The translations under genes were made by a program, and so were the position numbers. Below, one piece after another: positions 29,030 to 40,749 of a stretch of 64,000 nt of DNA (its first letter is position 1; every line of letters begins with the position of its first letter). The DNA is from Octopus sinensis (Eukaryota). Location of the stretch: contig NC_043012.1 of assembly GCF_006345805.1 (NCBI RefSeq), forward strand, positions 28,024,001 through 28,088,000, given 5' to 3'. Below the pieces are notes generated by a model that had not been told where the DNA came from, ran no database searches, and worked only from the letters and a program-made list of their open reading frames with translations.

Positions 29030-29636
29030 GTCTGTCTGCCTGTCTACTGTCTGTCTGTCTGTCTGTGAAACACATATATACTTATATACGTATATAAATA
29101 CAAGATTTGCGTTAACATGTACCTCCTTGCGGCAATGTAAACTTTCATTTAATCAATGAATTTAATAGCCTGCGGTATACACCTCGCTTGGGTATTTATC
29201 ACTTCCGAGGTTCCGCACGCTATGAAACATATGTAGCCCGGTACCTATCTACCCATTCTGTAAATCTTGTAATCTTATTCGAACACCCGGCAACCGTGGT
29301 CACCTACCGTGAAATATAAAAAGAACTTTTCTCAGTTTATCGTACTTCGATAGGAAAAAATCCACAAGTTTTGGTCTCAATAAACCACTATTGCCCTGAA
29401 AGTTGTTTTTTATATTTACTTGAAGCTAACTCTCCTCCTACATCTCGATCCCTGGATTAGCTCACTCACTCCATCAGAGCGATGTTGTCTGGATAGGTGT
29501 ACAGTGTACCACACGCCACCATCACCAGCACTAGAAATAGGTTGCAATAAATATAGTCGAACAAGCAATCTTATTGGTGTCGTTGTTTTCATTACTGCTT
29601 TTAAAATTTTATTGTTTAGTCCTACATCAACATTAA

Positions 29637-29730
29637 TTCCTCGGCGGAATTTGAATTCCGAACGTGGGGACAGGGTAAGTGCCACAAAGCATCTTATCTG
29701 ACGTGGTAATGATTCTGCCAGCTCGCTGTC
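29637..29730 (-). mobile_element. SINE family 1, 5' fragment
   Basis: Reverse complement of GCGAGCTGGCAGAATCATTA...GAATTCAAATTCCGCCGAGG. Confidence 0.6.
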
Positions 29731-30319
29731 TTGTTATAATCATATTATATTAATATTTTATATATATATATATGTATGTATGTATATCATGTATCAATGA
29801 ACTCTTTCTTTTTAACACGGTAGAATACAATTTGAGGGAGATTTGCGTGCTGTTTCTAGCAGGTCAAGCGATCTTATAGAGGTCGATTTATTTGTGTTGA
29901 CAGTCGTACATGATATTGTTGATTTTGTTGTCAGGATTTTAAATCTACGAACGCCTTTCGAACATATATTCCGCACCACTCCCTTTCTATAATAACTTCT
30001 TTTTCCTCATCATATGAGGTACATTTTTCTGCTAGCAATATCAGCAATATACATCTTAGTAATTGGTGCAGGAAAGAGAATTAACTTCGTAAAACATGAA
30101 AGCTACTCTCTGCCCTTCTATCCTTTTCAGTCATCGTTTCTTCTCCTATCCCTCTGTATCATTCACCACCTATGTGTGTGTGCATGTGTGAGTATGTGTG
30201 TTGCGTGTACACGTGTGTGTACGTGCGTATATGTGTGTATGAGTGAGTGTGCATGTGTATCTGTCTATTTGTCTACCTGTGTCTGCCTCTCTATATATGT
30301 ATATGTGTGTGTGTGTGTG

Positions 30320-30455
30320 TGTATTATATATATATATATATATTATATATAATATATATATATATTATATATATATATATATATATATTATATATGAGAT
30401 ATATATACATATATATATATACATACATATATTATATATATATATACATATATAT

Positions 30456-30492
<37 letters not shown>

Positions 30493-30517
30493 ACATATAT
30501 ATATACATATATATTAT

Positions 30518-30568
<51 letters not shown>

Positions 30569-30610
30569 CACACATATATATATACATATATATAACACAT
30601 ATATATATGT
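30320..30610. repeat. Long degenerate (TA)n/(TACA)n microsatellite
   Basis: Direct reading. Confidence 0.9.
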
Positions 30611-30889
30611 GTGTGTATGTGTATGTATGTGTGTGTATTTGTACATGAGTGTGTATACATGCACCCCACACGCATACACAGACAGGCACACAGACACACA
30701 CACATACATATATATCCATGACAACCCACAAAACGATTTCACAGCGATACTTAAAAGGCTGGGTGGTAAAGGCTGTATACATACATACATGCATACATAC
30801 ATATGTACATACACTCATGTAAATATGTGTGTGTATACACATGCACACACATACACAGATAGATAAATAGATAGTTAGGTAGATATATG

Positions 30890-30922
<33 letters not shown>

Positions 30923-31569
30923 GTCATAGGAAACTAGCCCTGTTTCTTTCATTATCATCATTAGCATATTTTCATGGAGACCCCATATTACCAACCAGCC
31001 TTCTATAGTTACACAAAACGATAGAAACGATAGAGACATGTAGTATACTACGCATACTCTGACTCAGTGAGAGTATAATACTCAGACATCTACAAAGGAA
31101 ATATTACTGACAGTTTACACACACACAAACATGCTCAAAACATCGTGTTTTTTTCTCATGCTTCTGCAATATTGCTGCTGATGTTGGTTGTTTTTCTAAA
31201 CTCACACCAATATGTGCGCGCATGCGTGTTAATGTGTCTATGTTTTCATGTTTGCAGTAATCACTCACACTACAATGCACGTCTGCGTACACAAAGCGAG
31301 TATCTATAAATATGCCCGTTGTTCTGTATGTGCTTGGAGATAAATCAAAATGTTGGTAACTTTGCGCACAGATATGCCTGGAAATCCCATTTGTTTGTAT
31401 TCTTTATTAGGATAATTTCATTCATGTTATTAATTTGTTTCCAATGGAAATTCACGTCGTCTTCGTAAATGCGAGAGATTCATAAAAGTATAAAAGTTGA
31501 TTTTTATCTACACAAAACACACACACACGCACGCGCACACACACACAACACACACTATTATATATTATA

Positions 31570-31619
<50 letters not shown>

Positions 31620-31979
31620 ATATATATTATATATATATATATGTATGTATATCTATATATATTATTGTGTCTAGGGAGAATCATTGTTTTAATGCCTTAT
31701 TAATTAGCACAATCAGCGGTTCGATTTCCACTCATTTATTTATTTTTCCAAAATTGTTCGTTGCTTCTTACAACACACACACACACACACACACACACCA
31801 CACACACACACACAGAGGGAAAATAAGACAAGGTAGAAAATGCTAAAATAATTTTATCATGAAGAACAATTTAGTGCCGGTTTCATTCTATGCGACTGTT
31901 TCAACTTAGAGTAAAGCACGAAAAAAAGTTAAATTGTGGAAAAATTAAATGAAATATTTAAAAAAAAATATTTCCATAG

Positions 31980-34264
31980 TTTTCAAATGCAAGAGACATT
32001 TTCCTTTTTTCTGTCTGTCTCTGTTTTTCTTTTTTACTCCTGTGGGTTCTAGGTAGTTAGCAGCAGCTAGTTTGATATGAATTATTGTCTTTGATTGTTT
32101 AAGCAGCAGTAGTAGAGAAAGAGGTAGAAGAGAAGGAGAAGGGAGGGAAGAAGAAGAAGAAGAAGAAGAAGAAGAAGAAGAGAAGAAGAAGAAGAAGAAG
32201 AAGAAGAAGAAGAAGAAGAAGAAGAAGAAGAAGAAGAAGAAGAAGAAGAAGAAGAAGAAGAAGAAGAAAAATATTAATAAAAATGCGGGAGTGGTATGAC
32301 AGCAGCAGGATATTGGTAGAATCTTCTTAAATGGTCAAGTGACATAAAAGCGAACTGTGAAACTATGAAGCTGTCTTTCAAACAGAGTACGCTTCCAACA
32401 GCCCTTTCCTGGAAAACGGAACCATCACACCTACCAAAAAAAAAAAAAAGATGCAAGACCTAACTCTAACTTTGTAACCCACAAGTGATACGACATCGGG
32501 AGTACCTCAAATTCAAACAGAGAAATGAAAAACCACTACCCGCAGGATAGACATTGCAGCCCCCCTATAAGGATTTACCAACGAAATTTTCGTTCCAACA
32601 ATCTACTTAACAACCACGCGTAATAATTACCAGCTACAGCCCCCTAAAACACCACATCCGAACATGGGATATCAGGACACACCTTCCAAGAACCCGCACC
32701 ATAAATCACAACAGGGCACCCAAGGAACAACTACATAACAACTATCGTCCCTATCACCTCAATCATTTTTTAGACCCAATATGCAAACACAGAGACACGA
32801 GATAGCACCAGACAGACAGGAGGAACTAAAAGTGATAAAAACCATCAATCTAACTTATAAAGAACTAACAGAAACCCAAATCAACATACTCCCCCAACGA
32901 GATGAAAGAAGACGTCGCAGAATTCTGTAGAAACTTACGACTCACTGAGGAGCTAAACGATAAATACAACGAAGATGAATCGTTAGTCCAAAAAAATATA
33001 AGTAACTACACTCCTGACCATTTCTGTGAATACATCTCGAATTACCCATATCGACATAAACACAAGCAAAAACACAAGCTAAACTTCAGCAAAAAAGAAT
33101 GGGCTGAGCTGAACAAATTAAAAGATGATAAAACGATAACAATCAAAGAGGCTGATAAACGGAGTTCAGTTGTCTTAATGGACCCGGTATACTATATAAC
33201 TCTAGTACTATCCATATTGGAAGACACGACATATTATGAAAAGGTCCAACACTACAGTCAGCAGAAACTTATGGGAAACCTAAAATCCATGTTAAACCTA
33301 TACAGAGAAGGACTCGCCGACAAGGAATACGATTATATGACCAATTTCAAAAGTAAATCCACTCAATTCTATGGTATTCCTAAGATACGCAAAAGTGAGA
33401 AAATAAGTAATGCATGCAGGATAGCCAGACATAACAATCAAGGTCCCTACTCCTAATGACCTCAAAACAGAAAAACATTGCGCCAATAACAAACAACCCA
33501 GCTTCAGAATTTTCCCTCTCTATCATTTCAGGGACAATACAACCTGTAGTCACCGCATTAATAAGCACCTTTTGAATGCATCCACCACAAATACAAACGC
33601 AAATATTAAAAATCATATATTCAAAACAATCACTTCACAAAAATTTATTCAAAACATTTCCAATCACTACTACTTCAAACACAACGGGTCACTTTTAGGT
33701 CATGACCATTTAAGAGGATTCCACCAAAATCCCGCTACTGCCATACCACTCTTAAATTCTTCTTCTTCTTCTTCTTCTTCTTCTTCTTCTTCTTCTTCTT
33801 CTTCTTCTTCTTTCCTCCTCCTCCTCCTCCTCCTCCTCCTCCACCTCCACCACCACCACCACCACCACCACCTCCACCACCACCACATCCTCCTCCTCCT
33901 CCTCCTCATCCTCCTCCCCCCCACCACCACCACCTCCTCCTCCCCTCTCCTCCACCTCCACCACCCCACCACCACCTCCGCCTCCTCCTCTTCTTCACCC
34001 CCTCCTCCTCTTCATCCCACCTCCTCCTCTTCATCCCCCTCCTCCTCTTCATCTCCCCTCCTCCTCTTCATCCCCCTCCTCCTCTTCATCTCCCTCCTCC
34101 TTCTTCTTCACCACCTCCTTTCTCTACTACTACTGCGTTTAAACAATCAAAGACAATAATTCATATCAAACTAGCTTCTGCTAACTACCTAGAACCCACA
34201 AGAGTAAAAAAGAGAGACAGAGACAGACTGAAAAAAGGGTTAATGTCCCTTGCATTTGAAAACA
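31980..34264. repeat. Foldback structure: composite inverted arms at 31980-32350 and ~33690-34264
   Basis: 31980-32125 is the reverse complement of ~34115-34264; 32290-32350 is the reverse complement of ~33690-33755; each arm contains a GAA-type microsatellite. Confidence 0.85.
32860..33690 (+). mobile_element. Penelope-like RT N-terminal fragment
   Basis: ORF 32902-33456: LKDDKTITIKEADKRSSVVLMD..YY..LED..YY..FYGIPKIRKS. Confidence 0.85.
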
Positions 34265-34561
34265 AAAGTGCTCTCACGTGGCTAAAAGTTGTTTTGATTC
34301 TTATGCTGGTGCTTACTACCATCCTCCGTCACTTTAGTGACGACTATACTTATATACGACTATATATAAATGTATCTATATACACATAAGCGCAGGTGTG
34401 GCTGTGAGGTAAGAAGCTTGCTTCCCAACCACATAGTTCCGGATTCGGTACCATTGCGTGGCATCTTGGGCAAGTGTCTTCTACTACAGCCTCAGGCTGA
34501 CCAAAGCCTTGTGAGTGGATTTGATAGACGAAAACTGAAAGAAGCACGTCGTGTATATATA

Positions 34562-34615
<54 letters not shown>

Positions 34616-35703
34616 CCAATAGTACTTAATAAGGCACTTTGGGTTGCTCATAACAAAGCTGGTCTCACCCGAGAAGAAATTAATGTTGTGTTGGCAGCCA
34701 GAAGATCTATTATTAAATTTGATAATAAGTTGTGGGTCCGTAAAGACACACCAGATAGTTTCGATATACCAATGGGAAGTTCTGATTCAGCACAGATAGC
34801 TGATTTGGTCTGTGTATATATTCTTTTTGAAATGGCAGAAGAGCTCCCTAACATTTATGGAGGTATATATCGTGATGATTGTTTACTTTAACTCCAAAAT
34901 GTTTCCAATCAAAAGGTACAAAAAGTTAAGAATAGTTTAGTTAATTTTTTCAGTAGAATAGGCTTAAAAATCGTTTTTGATGACGATATGACGAAGGCCA
35001 ACTTTTTAGATATTACGCTTAATTTACACAGTGACTCTTACTTCCCATATCGTAAACCGTTGACCAATCTTAAGTACATTAGCAAATTTAGTAATCATCC
35101 TAGAGTAATTACTAAGAACTTAGTTAAGAATATTTCATTTAGATTATCTAAATTATCTGCTAATGTTGATATTTTCAATGATAACGCTGACTTCTATAAC
35201 TCTCCCTTAATTACAGCATGTTATACAGAGAAATTTTTTTACATTGATTCTGCTCAGTCTAATTGTAAATTCAATAATGTAGATAAGATTTCTAGTCGTA
35301 AAAGAATTATTGATAACAAACATAACTTACGCACCGATACAAAGCGAATGAAGGCAGATAACCCTTATTTAATCCCATATTATCGTTCTAAAAGTAAATA
35401 TAACACCTTCAAAAATAATTACGCTATGAATACTAGTAAAAATATTTGGTTAATAATTCCTTACGGGAGAGAAATTAAATCTAATCTCCCACTGCTGTTT
35501 CGTCAAGCTATTGCTTGGAATTTTCCAAAAAATTCTAGGTATTACTCTATTATCAATTCACAAACGGTTCAAACACAAAAAATCTCTTACAAATTATCTC
35601 TTCACATAATAACGAACTGTTAAATATTAATACATTTACTTATACTAGAAATATTAAAAACAAGGTTATTGTATCTGAAGTCAATTCCAATAGAATTAAG
35701 TTT

Positions 35704-36093
35704 ATGTCAAGTAACTCTAAGATTAAAAATTCTATATACCAGTGTATAATCAGTACTCGTAATAAAGTACGATTTTACATTGGAAGCACATCGTTAGAGT
35801 TATCTAAAAGAATTTCTATCCATTACTCAACATTTAGGGATAGAAATAAACGTAATAGTACCGGTCTCAGCAACCTGATTTGGGATCTAAAAGACCACAA
35901 TGAACAATTTCATTTAGAATGGTTGATTCTCTCAGTATTGATACCTTATGACAAAGGCAAGGAATTCTGTCTTCTCTGCAATTCTGAGCTATTTTTCATT
36001 ATTTTTTCTAAAAATCCCCTAGTAAACACGGTTATTGAGCGAGCATACAGATGTAAACATTGGCAAAAACACACATTTAGTGCATATAAGTAG
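35704..36093 (+). pseudogene. GIY-YIG endonuclease domain of the PLE
   Basis: 129-aa ORF with IYQC/FYIG strands, conserved Arg (KRISIH), C-terminal CxxC and N..E..CKH. Confidence 0.85.
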
Positions 36094-36285
36094 TCTCTAT
36101 CATTATATATAATTTAAACTTTAATTTCCTTTATATTTAACATTCACTATTAATATCCCTACTCTTTCTGTAAGCTACTTATGACGTTATATCATATAAG
36201 GTTTTTTTAATAGCGTTCAGTCAATCGCTATACAAATCCATCATTTTTTGCTAAAATGTCTTATTGACGAGTTTCGTTTTTTTTA

Positions 36286-36371
36286 ACTTTCCTGAAGAGA
36301 AGATTGCATTGTTTATACCATTTATTCTTTTGAATACTATCAGTGGAATTTTCGAAACATGTGTCGAAAGT
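36286..36371 (+). ncRNA. Minimal type-I hammerhead ribozyme in the PLE 3' repeat
   Basis: Stem I ACTTTC/GAAAGT, CTGAAGA (36292-36298), stem II GAAGATT/AATTTTC, GAAAC-ATGT-GTC with a palindromic stem III loop. Confidence 0.85.
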
Positions 36372-36589
36372 AAAAATATTTGATTTACACCTGCGTTAAA
36401 CTCCATTTATTTATTCATATATTATTCAAAATATTCCAGGTAAACACGAAGTTTCTACCTTTATAAACAAGGAGTTACAACATCTTTACTGGTGAGATTT
36501 TTGGTACCCTGGTAACTACTTATTTATTTTTTCCGTGTTAATTGTTAACAAGGTAAAAATACACTCATCTATTTATATATGTATATATA

Positions 36590-36671
<82 letters not shown>

Positions 36672-36672
<1 letters not shown>

Positions 36673-36836
36673 TTTATTTAAAAGTAGCAGAAATTTAACA
36701 AAATTTAACAAAACGTGAATTTAACAAAACGTGAAACTCTATTACCCAGAGTTTCACGTTCCCATTCGTCGGACGAACGGGAACGTGAAACTCCGAGTAA
36801 CAGGTTTTGTTAAGTTTCTGCTGCTTTTAAATAAAG
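36672..36836. repeat. Small foldback element with ~22-bp terminal inverted repeats and nested internal hairpins
   Basis: ctttatttaaaagtagcagaaa / tttctgctgcttttaaataaag; 22-bp hairpin at 36749-36793; alternative perfect 13-bp hairpin at 36728-36760. Confidence 0.85.
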
Positions 36837-36906
36837 CATATTACTCTACCTCTGGTATTTGAGTACTCTTTTTCCCACCTTGTTTCACATTTATGTGTTT
36901 ACTCCG

Positions 36907-36970
<64 letters not shown>

Positions 36971-37173
36971 ATGTATGTATTTGTGTTTGCGCCCCACTAT
37001 CGCTTGAGAACCATGCTGGTGTGTTTACGTCCCCGTAACTTAGCGGTAAAAGAGACCGATAGAATAAGTACTAGGCTTACAAAGAATAAGACATGGACTC
37101 GATTTGTTCGACTAAAGACGTTGCTCAAGTATGGCCGCTGTCATATGACTGGAACAATTAAAAGAATAAAAGA

Positions 37174-37204
<31 letters not shown>

Positions 37205-37508
37205 ATTCAGTGTTTCTTAACCAATGTTTCAAACTATGGTTCTTTTCAATCCCTATTTTACTCAGTTGAACTCCAACAGCCATTCGATGTTTAAAAATTC
37301 ATATTTTTATAACTAAGTATTATTAGGAATTGAATCAAAAGATTGTTAAAATATTTGATGTATTATATAAGTATAACCAATTCATGGCACAAAATCTTAC
37401 ATCGATTTCCAAGGTCATATGGACACCGGTTGCATATATGACCTCGTGTGTACCGTTGGCGATTTTTTCTCCTCTGTCTTCCCTTCTCTGGATCTTTCCT
37501 CCTCCTAT

Positions 37509-37543
37509 GTTTCCGACGAAGAGCTCCGCTCGAAACGTTAAAC
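37509..37543 (+). ncRNA. Hammerhead-like motif with CCGACGA core variant
   Basis: GTTT-CCGACGA-A-GAGC-TCC-GCTC-GAAAC-GT-T-AAAC; stems I and II pair; stem III is the palindrome AACGTT. Confidence 0.55.
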
Positions 37544-37670
37544 CCTCCTTCTGTCCTTCTTTCCTGAGCATGCAATAATATTATATTTGTTCCACGTCCT
37601 CGCGTTGTTGTGTTTTTTGTGCTTTCTTGTTTGGATTAACTATATATATATATATATATATATATACAAA

Positions 37671-37944
37671 CTAGCAGTATCGCCCGGCGTTGCTCGGGTT
37701 TGTAAGGGAAATAACTATTTAAGCATTTTTAGAGAGTTACTTCCCTTATATAATAGCAAAAAACTGCATTAAAAATGGGAGAAAATGATGGTAAATTTTT
37801 TTTTTAAATCGTAGACTTATCGATATGAATCACGACTATAAGATACCCGCTTTTGGTTAAACTGCACCGCAAAATGTGGGAGTAGTTAGGAATCTAAATC
37901 GTAGGAGACAGACACTCATACAACTTCACTTTTATATATAAAGA
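37671..37944 (-). mobile_element. Non-autonomous Helitron-like element (274 bp)
   Basis: On the minus strand it begins A|TC and ends CTAG|T; GC hairpin at 37683-37698, 8 nt from the CTAG; no TSD. Confidence 0.8.
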
Positions 37945-37984
37945 TATATGGATGTAAGATTTTGTCCTCACACACACACACACA

Positions 37985-38024
<40 letters not shown>

Positions 38025-38590
38025 ACATATATATATATGGCAAGTTAAGCAACAATCTAAGGGATAATAAATATCCAATATAATACTGGATGTATACCTA
38101 CGTATTTATATCCAAATGCTTACTATTGCAGGGCAATATCGCAATTGAATAATAGGTATGAGTGGGGGTCAAATAGAAATTCACCCAGAACTTATAAGCC
38201 AAATAAGAAAATGGTGAGGATAATCAATCGACAAACGTCAGCTTGTAAACATTCATTTGGAACTATTTATTAATCAATTACAATCATATGTATAAGTAAT
38301 CAAAATAAACAAATGAAGTAAAAACAAAAATAAATAAAAATGAATAATAATAAATGAGTGAAAACATACTAAGTTTTCCACATCATGCCAGAAATATACA
38401 AGGATTGTACAAAGGTTGAACAAAAATTGGACAGGGGTTGGACAATGATTGAGCCCCAAAGCTTCGTCAGCGAGGCCATAATGTTAGGAATCTAATATGT
38501 GAGGAAGTAAGGTAAAATAATGATAAAATATAACATAATAGAAATAGTAAGGAATGGTAAAAACATCAATTCCATGGTGATATCATATAT

Positions 38591-38640
<50 letters not shown>

Positions 38641-38670
38641 ATTATATATATATATATATTATATATATAT

Positions 38671-38935
38671 CACCGTGACCGACCAGGCTATCAGATGTTG
38701 TTACACATCGCTGCTCACAATGCGCTTAGCATTGTTTTAGCCTTCAAATGACGCCACCCCGCTGGCTAAGCGAGCAGGCAAACAGAAGAAAGAGTGAGAG
38801 AATGTTGTAGCGAAAGAGTACAGCAGGGATTGCCATCCCCCAACCTGCCGGGCCCTAGTGGAGCTTTAGGTCTTTTCGCTCAGTAAACACTCATAACGCC
38901 CGGTCTAGGGAACCGCGAGTCCGCAGCGCCTCCAC
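38671..38935 (-). mobile_element. Probable tRNA-derived SINE (family 3) with a deleted head
   Basis: GC-rich island in (TA)n starting GTGGAGGCGC..GCGGACTCGCGGTTCCC on the minus strand; family assignment from recall. Confidence 0.45.
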
Positions 38936-39035
38936 TATATATATATATATATATATATATATTCGGCACACGAAGAGTATGAAACAACTCTTTATAAACA
39001 TGCTTTTCAGTCATATTCTGATTAACAGCGCTGCT

Positions 39036-39180
39036 GTTTCCGTCTACCAAATTCAGTCACAAGTCTGTGGTCAGCCTAGGGCTATAATAGCAAACACTTG
39101 CCCAAGGTACTATGTTGAGGGACTGAAACTGTGACCATGTGGCTGGGAAGCAAACAACTACACCACACAGTCATTCATGC
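39036..39180 (-). mobile_element. SINE family 2, 5' fragment
   Basis: Matches 17945-18090. Confidence 0.7.
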
Positions 39181-40049
39181 ACCTAATATGTGTGTCTGTG
39201 TGTGTTTACATTTGTTGTTAAATCGAGTCTTGTGTCCCATTCTGTCTCAAAGTTAATAGTTCATCAAGCAAGGTTCTATAAAATAAATGCCAGATTGAAA
39301 TACTGGGATCAGTATAATCAATTAAATGTTTGAAGCTGATACCTCATCATGGTGACAGTCGAAAGATTACAGCCAGTAAAATAATGTTTAAAGACTTAAC
39401 AGCTTCAAAGTTAAGGCAATGGATTATTAACCACAAGATAATGAGTTCAAAACTTCGTATTGAACTTCTACTCTATACGATAACATCAATATATACATCA
39501 TATGTACATATGTACAATATGTACATCTAGTCAAGTCTACTTGACTTCCAACAATTAACAATTGTAAGTTGAATGTTTAGCAGTGAGAACGATGTCCAGA
39601 TTCCTTAAGAAATTATTGCGCGAAATATTCCGAGAAAAAGTATTTTTTCCACCGCAAAAAAATACACACACACACCTATACACAGGCGCGCACATACACA
39701 ACACACACACACACACACACAAAACACGCGCGTACATACACACACACACACACACAGTTGCCTCTCTTAGCAAAAGATCTGAAAATTGTGCGAGTCAAAA
39801 AATTTATTGTGCAAAATATTCAGAGAAAAAGTATTTTTTCACCACACCAAGTTACTTCCCTTAGCTGAAGACCACAAAAATGTGTGACTCGACCTCGTTT
39901 TCGCGGTTAATTTTACTGTGCAAAAAACATATTTTATTTGGTAGTCGAAATATTACTGAATCTTTCAAACCTCATACGTCAAAATCAGCAACACAGTTTT
40001 TGAATTCATAAGGAACACACACACACACACACATACACTGTTATATTAC

Positions 40050-40122
<73 letters not shown>

Positions 40123-40149
40123 GTGTGTGTGTGTGTGTGTGTAAACAAT

Positions 40150-40409
40150 TGCAGCGTGGAAGGTTTTTATAAGCCATTTAAAACATACACAAAAACCGTT
40201 AGATACACTTCAACATTTAAATATAATTTTCCAAAATAATTTCGTCGTTTTGAGACAGCGACCTGTTCACTGAAAAAATTCCGTGATGCAGCACGGAATT
40301 TTGTCAGTAAACAGGTCGTGGTCTCAAAGCATATTAATTTTAAATGTTCAAGTGAATCTAAGGTTTTTGTGTGTGTTTTAAATGGCTTATAAACACCTTC
40401 AACATTGCA
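40150..40409. repeat. Imperfect ~260-bp palindrome between microsatellites
   Basis: Arms pair from tgca..aaggtttttataagccatttaaaac through gacctgttcactga..aattccgtg; centre at ~40288. Confidence 0.85.
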
Positions 40410-40472
40410 GTTCTTTTTGTTTCAGCACACAATCTCAGATCAGGTCACTTGCTATGCAAGTACATCTCCGTA

Positions 40473-40506
<34 letters not shown>

Positions 40507-40749
40507 ATATATATATATATGTGTGTGTGTGTATGTGTGTGTGCTTGTGTGTGTGCACATGTGTGTGTGCGTGTGTGTGTATGTAAGTATGTATGTGTTT
40601 GTGCGTGTGTATGTATATATATATCGTTTACTTTTTATCATTTATATGTTCCTTTTACATACTGCCACAGGTTGGTATAGATGAGTTATGCAGCGGAGGT
40701 TAAATCAATGTGTTCACATGACGTACTTCGCGAGACTATCAAAACGCTC

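Larger units (their letters stand above)
34613..36570 (+). mobile_element. Penelope-like element, 5'-truncated: RT + GIY-YIG endonuclease + 3' terminal repeat
   Basis: FDIPMGSSDSAQIADLV, IYRDD, NFLDITLNL, YRKP, SNHP; endonuclease IYQC..FYIGST..R, CLLC..E, RCKH; one in-frame TAA (34889-34891) and one frameshift before 35704. Confidence 0.92.
34391..37175 (+). mobile_element. SINE family 2 split into a 5' half (34391-34555) and a 3' half (~36965-37175) by insertions in its internal (TA)n
   Basis: The two halves reconstruct the order seen in the intact inverted copy at 54309-54740. Confidence 0.8.

Noticed and set aside
30243-30866. 200-aa Ile/Tyr-rich ORFs (likewise the IYLS, VCMY and THTH ORFs across the window)
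   Set aside because: They are stop-free microsatellite translations.
34889-34891. In-frame stop as a selenocysteine codon (Naiad-type PLEs)
   Set aside because: The stop is TAA, not TGA, and I could not fold a convincing SECIS in 36094-36285.
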